Source of the DNA: Blastocatellia bacterium UBA7656
Lineage (GTDB): Bacteria > Acidobacteriota > Blastocatellia > UBA7656
Reading direction: 5' to 3'
DNA: 64,000 nt
NCBI GenBank assembly: GCA_002483445.1
Contig: DLHY01000007.1
Coordinates: forward strand, 86,114-150,113
In this document: in pieces, positions 62,999-64,000 of the stretch
Position numbering within the stretch: position 1 is the stretch's first letter
Layout: every line of letters starts with the position of its first letter
Translations under genes and position numbers: made by a program
Notes under the pieces: generated by a model
What the model saw: only the letters and a program-made list of their open reading frames with translations
Database searches by the model: none
Told to the model about the DNA's origin: nothing

Positions 62999-63586
62999 GT
63001 GGGAGCAAGACCAGCGTTGACATCTAGCGATGCTGAATTGGTTCAGCGTTGTCAGCAGGGTGACCAGGCGGCCTGGGCCGAAGTAGTGCGTCAGTTTTCG
63101 CGCCGCGTCTACAACCTTGCTTATCGTTTCACGACGAGCCACGCGGCGGCTGAAGACCTCACTCAGGAAGTCTTCATCCGTGTTTATCGCTCGCTCAACC
63201 AGTACGACCCCGCGCTTGGCGATCTGTCGAACTGGCTGATGAGACTGGCGCGCAATCTGATCATTGACGATTACCGGAAGCGTCAGAGGACGCCTACGGA
63301 TTCGAGCGACGATCTGGCCGATCACGAGTATCATCTCCCGGCTGCCAGCGACAGTCCGCAGCGCGCGCTCGAACGCCAGGAACGCCGTCTTCAGGTGCTT
63401 GCGGCGATCAACAAGCTCTCGCCCGATTTGCGCGAGTGCGTCATACTGCGCGACATCGAGGAGTTGAGCTATCAGGATATAGTCGATCTGCTTCAGATAC
63501 CTGAAGGGACAGTCAAGAGCCGCATCAATCGTGGCAGGATCGAACTAGCCAAAGTCCTGCGGAGGATGAAAGTCTCGCCTGAGTAG
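62999..63586 (+). CDS. ECF RNA polymerase sigma factor
   Basis: AEDLTQEVFIRV, WLMRLARNLIIDDYRK, LRDIEELSYQDI..GTVKSRINRGR. Confidence 0.95.
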   Translation: MGARPALTSSDAELVQRCQQGDQAAWAEVVRQFSRRVYNLAYRFTTSHAAAEDLTQEVFIRVYRSLNQYDPALGDLSNWLMRLARNLIIDDYRKRQRTPTDSSDDLADHEYHLPAASDSPQRALERQERRLQVLAAINKLSPDLRECVILRDIEELSYQDIVDLLQIPEGTVKSRINRGRIELAKVLRRMKVSPE

Positions 63587-63699
63587 TCGACATCCGCCGC
63601 CGCGCTAGGCCACGTAAAGGTAAAGACTGTCATCGATAGACTGACGGAAGTGTTTGAAAGAATTTTCAGGGAGATCGGGAGACCATTCCCGTTGAAGTT

Positions 63700-64000
63700 A
63701 TGAATTGCAGCAGATTTGAAGAACTACTGAGCGATTACATCGATCAAACGATTGCGCCTCGGCACGCGAGCGATTTCCGCGCGCACTCCTTGCAGTGCCG
63801 CGATTGCCGCGCGCTGCTCGACGACGTGAAAACCGTCGTCAGGGAATGCAGAGCGGACGACGGCCTCGACATGCCGGAATGGCTTGAGACTTCTCTCGTT
63901 ATGATCCCCGCCGAGCATCGCCCGCTTGATTGCTCAGGATTCGAGGATATCATCACTGAATTTCTCGACGGGTTCGTTCCGGCTGCGGTTTATCATCGCT
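63700..64000 (+). CDS. zf-HC2 anti-sigma factor, 3'-truncated by window edge
   Basis: MNCSRFEELLSDYID...HSLQCRDC, then a second repeat LDCSGFEDIITEFLDG; follows the ECF; absent from the ORF track. Confidence 0.85.
   Translation, partial: MNCSRFEELLSDYIDQTIAPRHASDFRAHSLQCRDCRALLDDVKTVVRECRADDGLDMPEWLETSLVMIPAEHRPLDCSGFEDIITEFLDGFVPAAVYHR

Overview
GC-rich bacterial chromosomal segment. Gene content and style suggest Acidobacteriota, probably Blastocatellia; this is an inference, as the window holds no marker gene. Housekeeping genes (lon, nrdR, purN, tesA-ybbAP, M16 and M20 peptidases, a UvrD/AddA-like helicase) are mixed with signalling genes (hybrid histidine kinase, Ser/Thr kinase, ECF sigma and anti-sigma factors), small toxin-antitoxin or defence-like islets and many miniature repeats. 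Highlights: (1) a tRNA-Asn(GUU) gene split inside the anticodon (35/36) by a 246-nt group I intron whose core can be read from the sequence; (2) a clostripain-like Cys protease whose tail carries two synonymously diverged copies of an Arg-flanked heptapeptide (FTPPWSR), directly upstream of a TPR-CHAT protease, an ECF sigma, an anti-sigma and a half-sigma, a candidate peptide-triggered proteolytic signalling or self-processing peptide system; (3) a full-length class III ribonucleotide reductase homologue that appears to lack its glycyl-radical motif; (4) a 214-bp MITE with perfect 26-bp TIRs and a 6-bp TSD; (5) a BrnT toxin deleted down to 15 codons; (6) an SBBP gene broken by one in-frame TAG. 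All family assignments come from motif recognition by eye, with no database searches. Several start codons were moved from the ORF track to more plausible positions.
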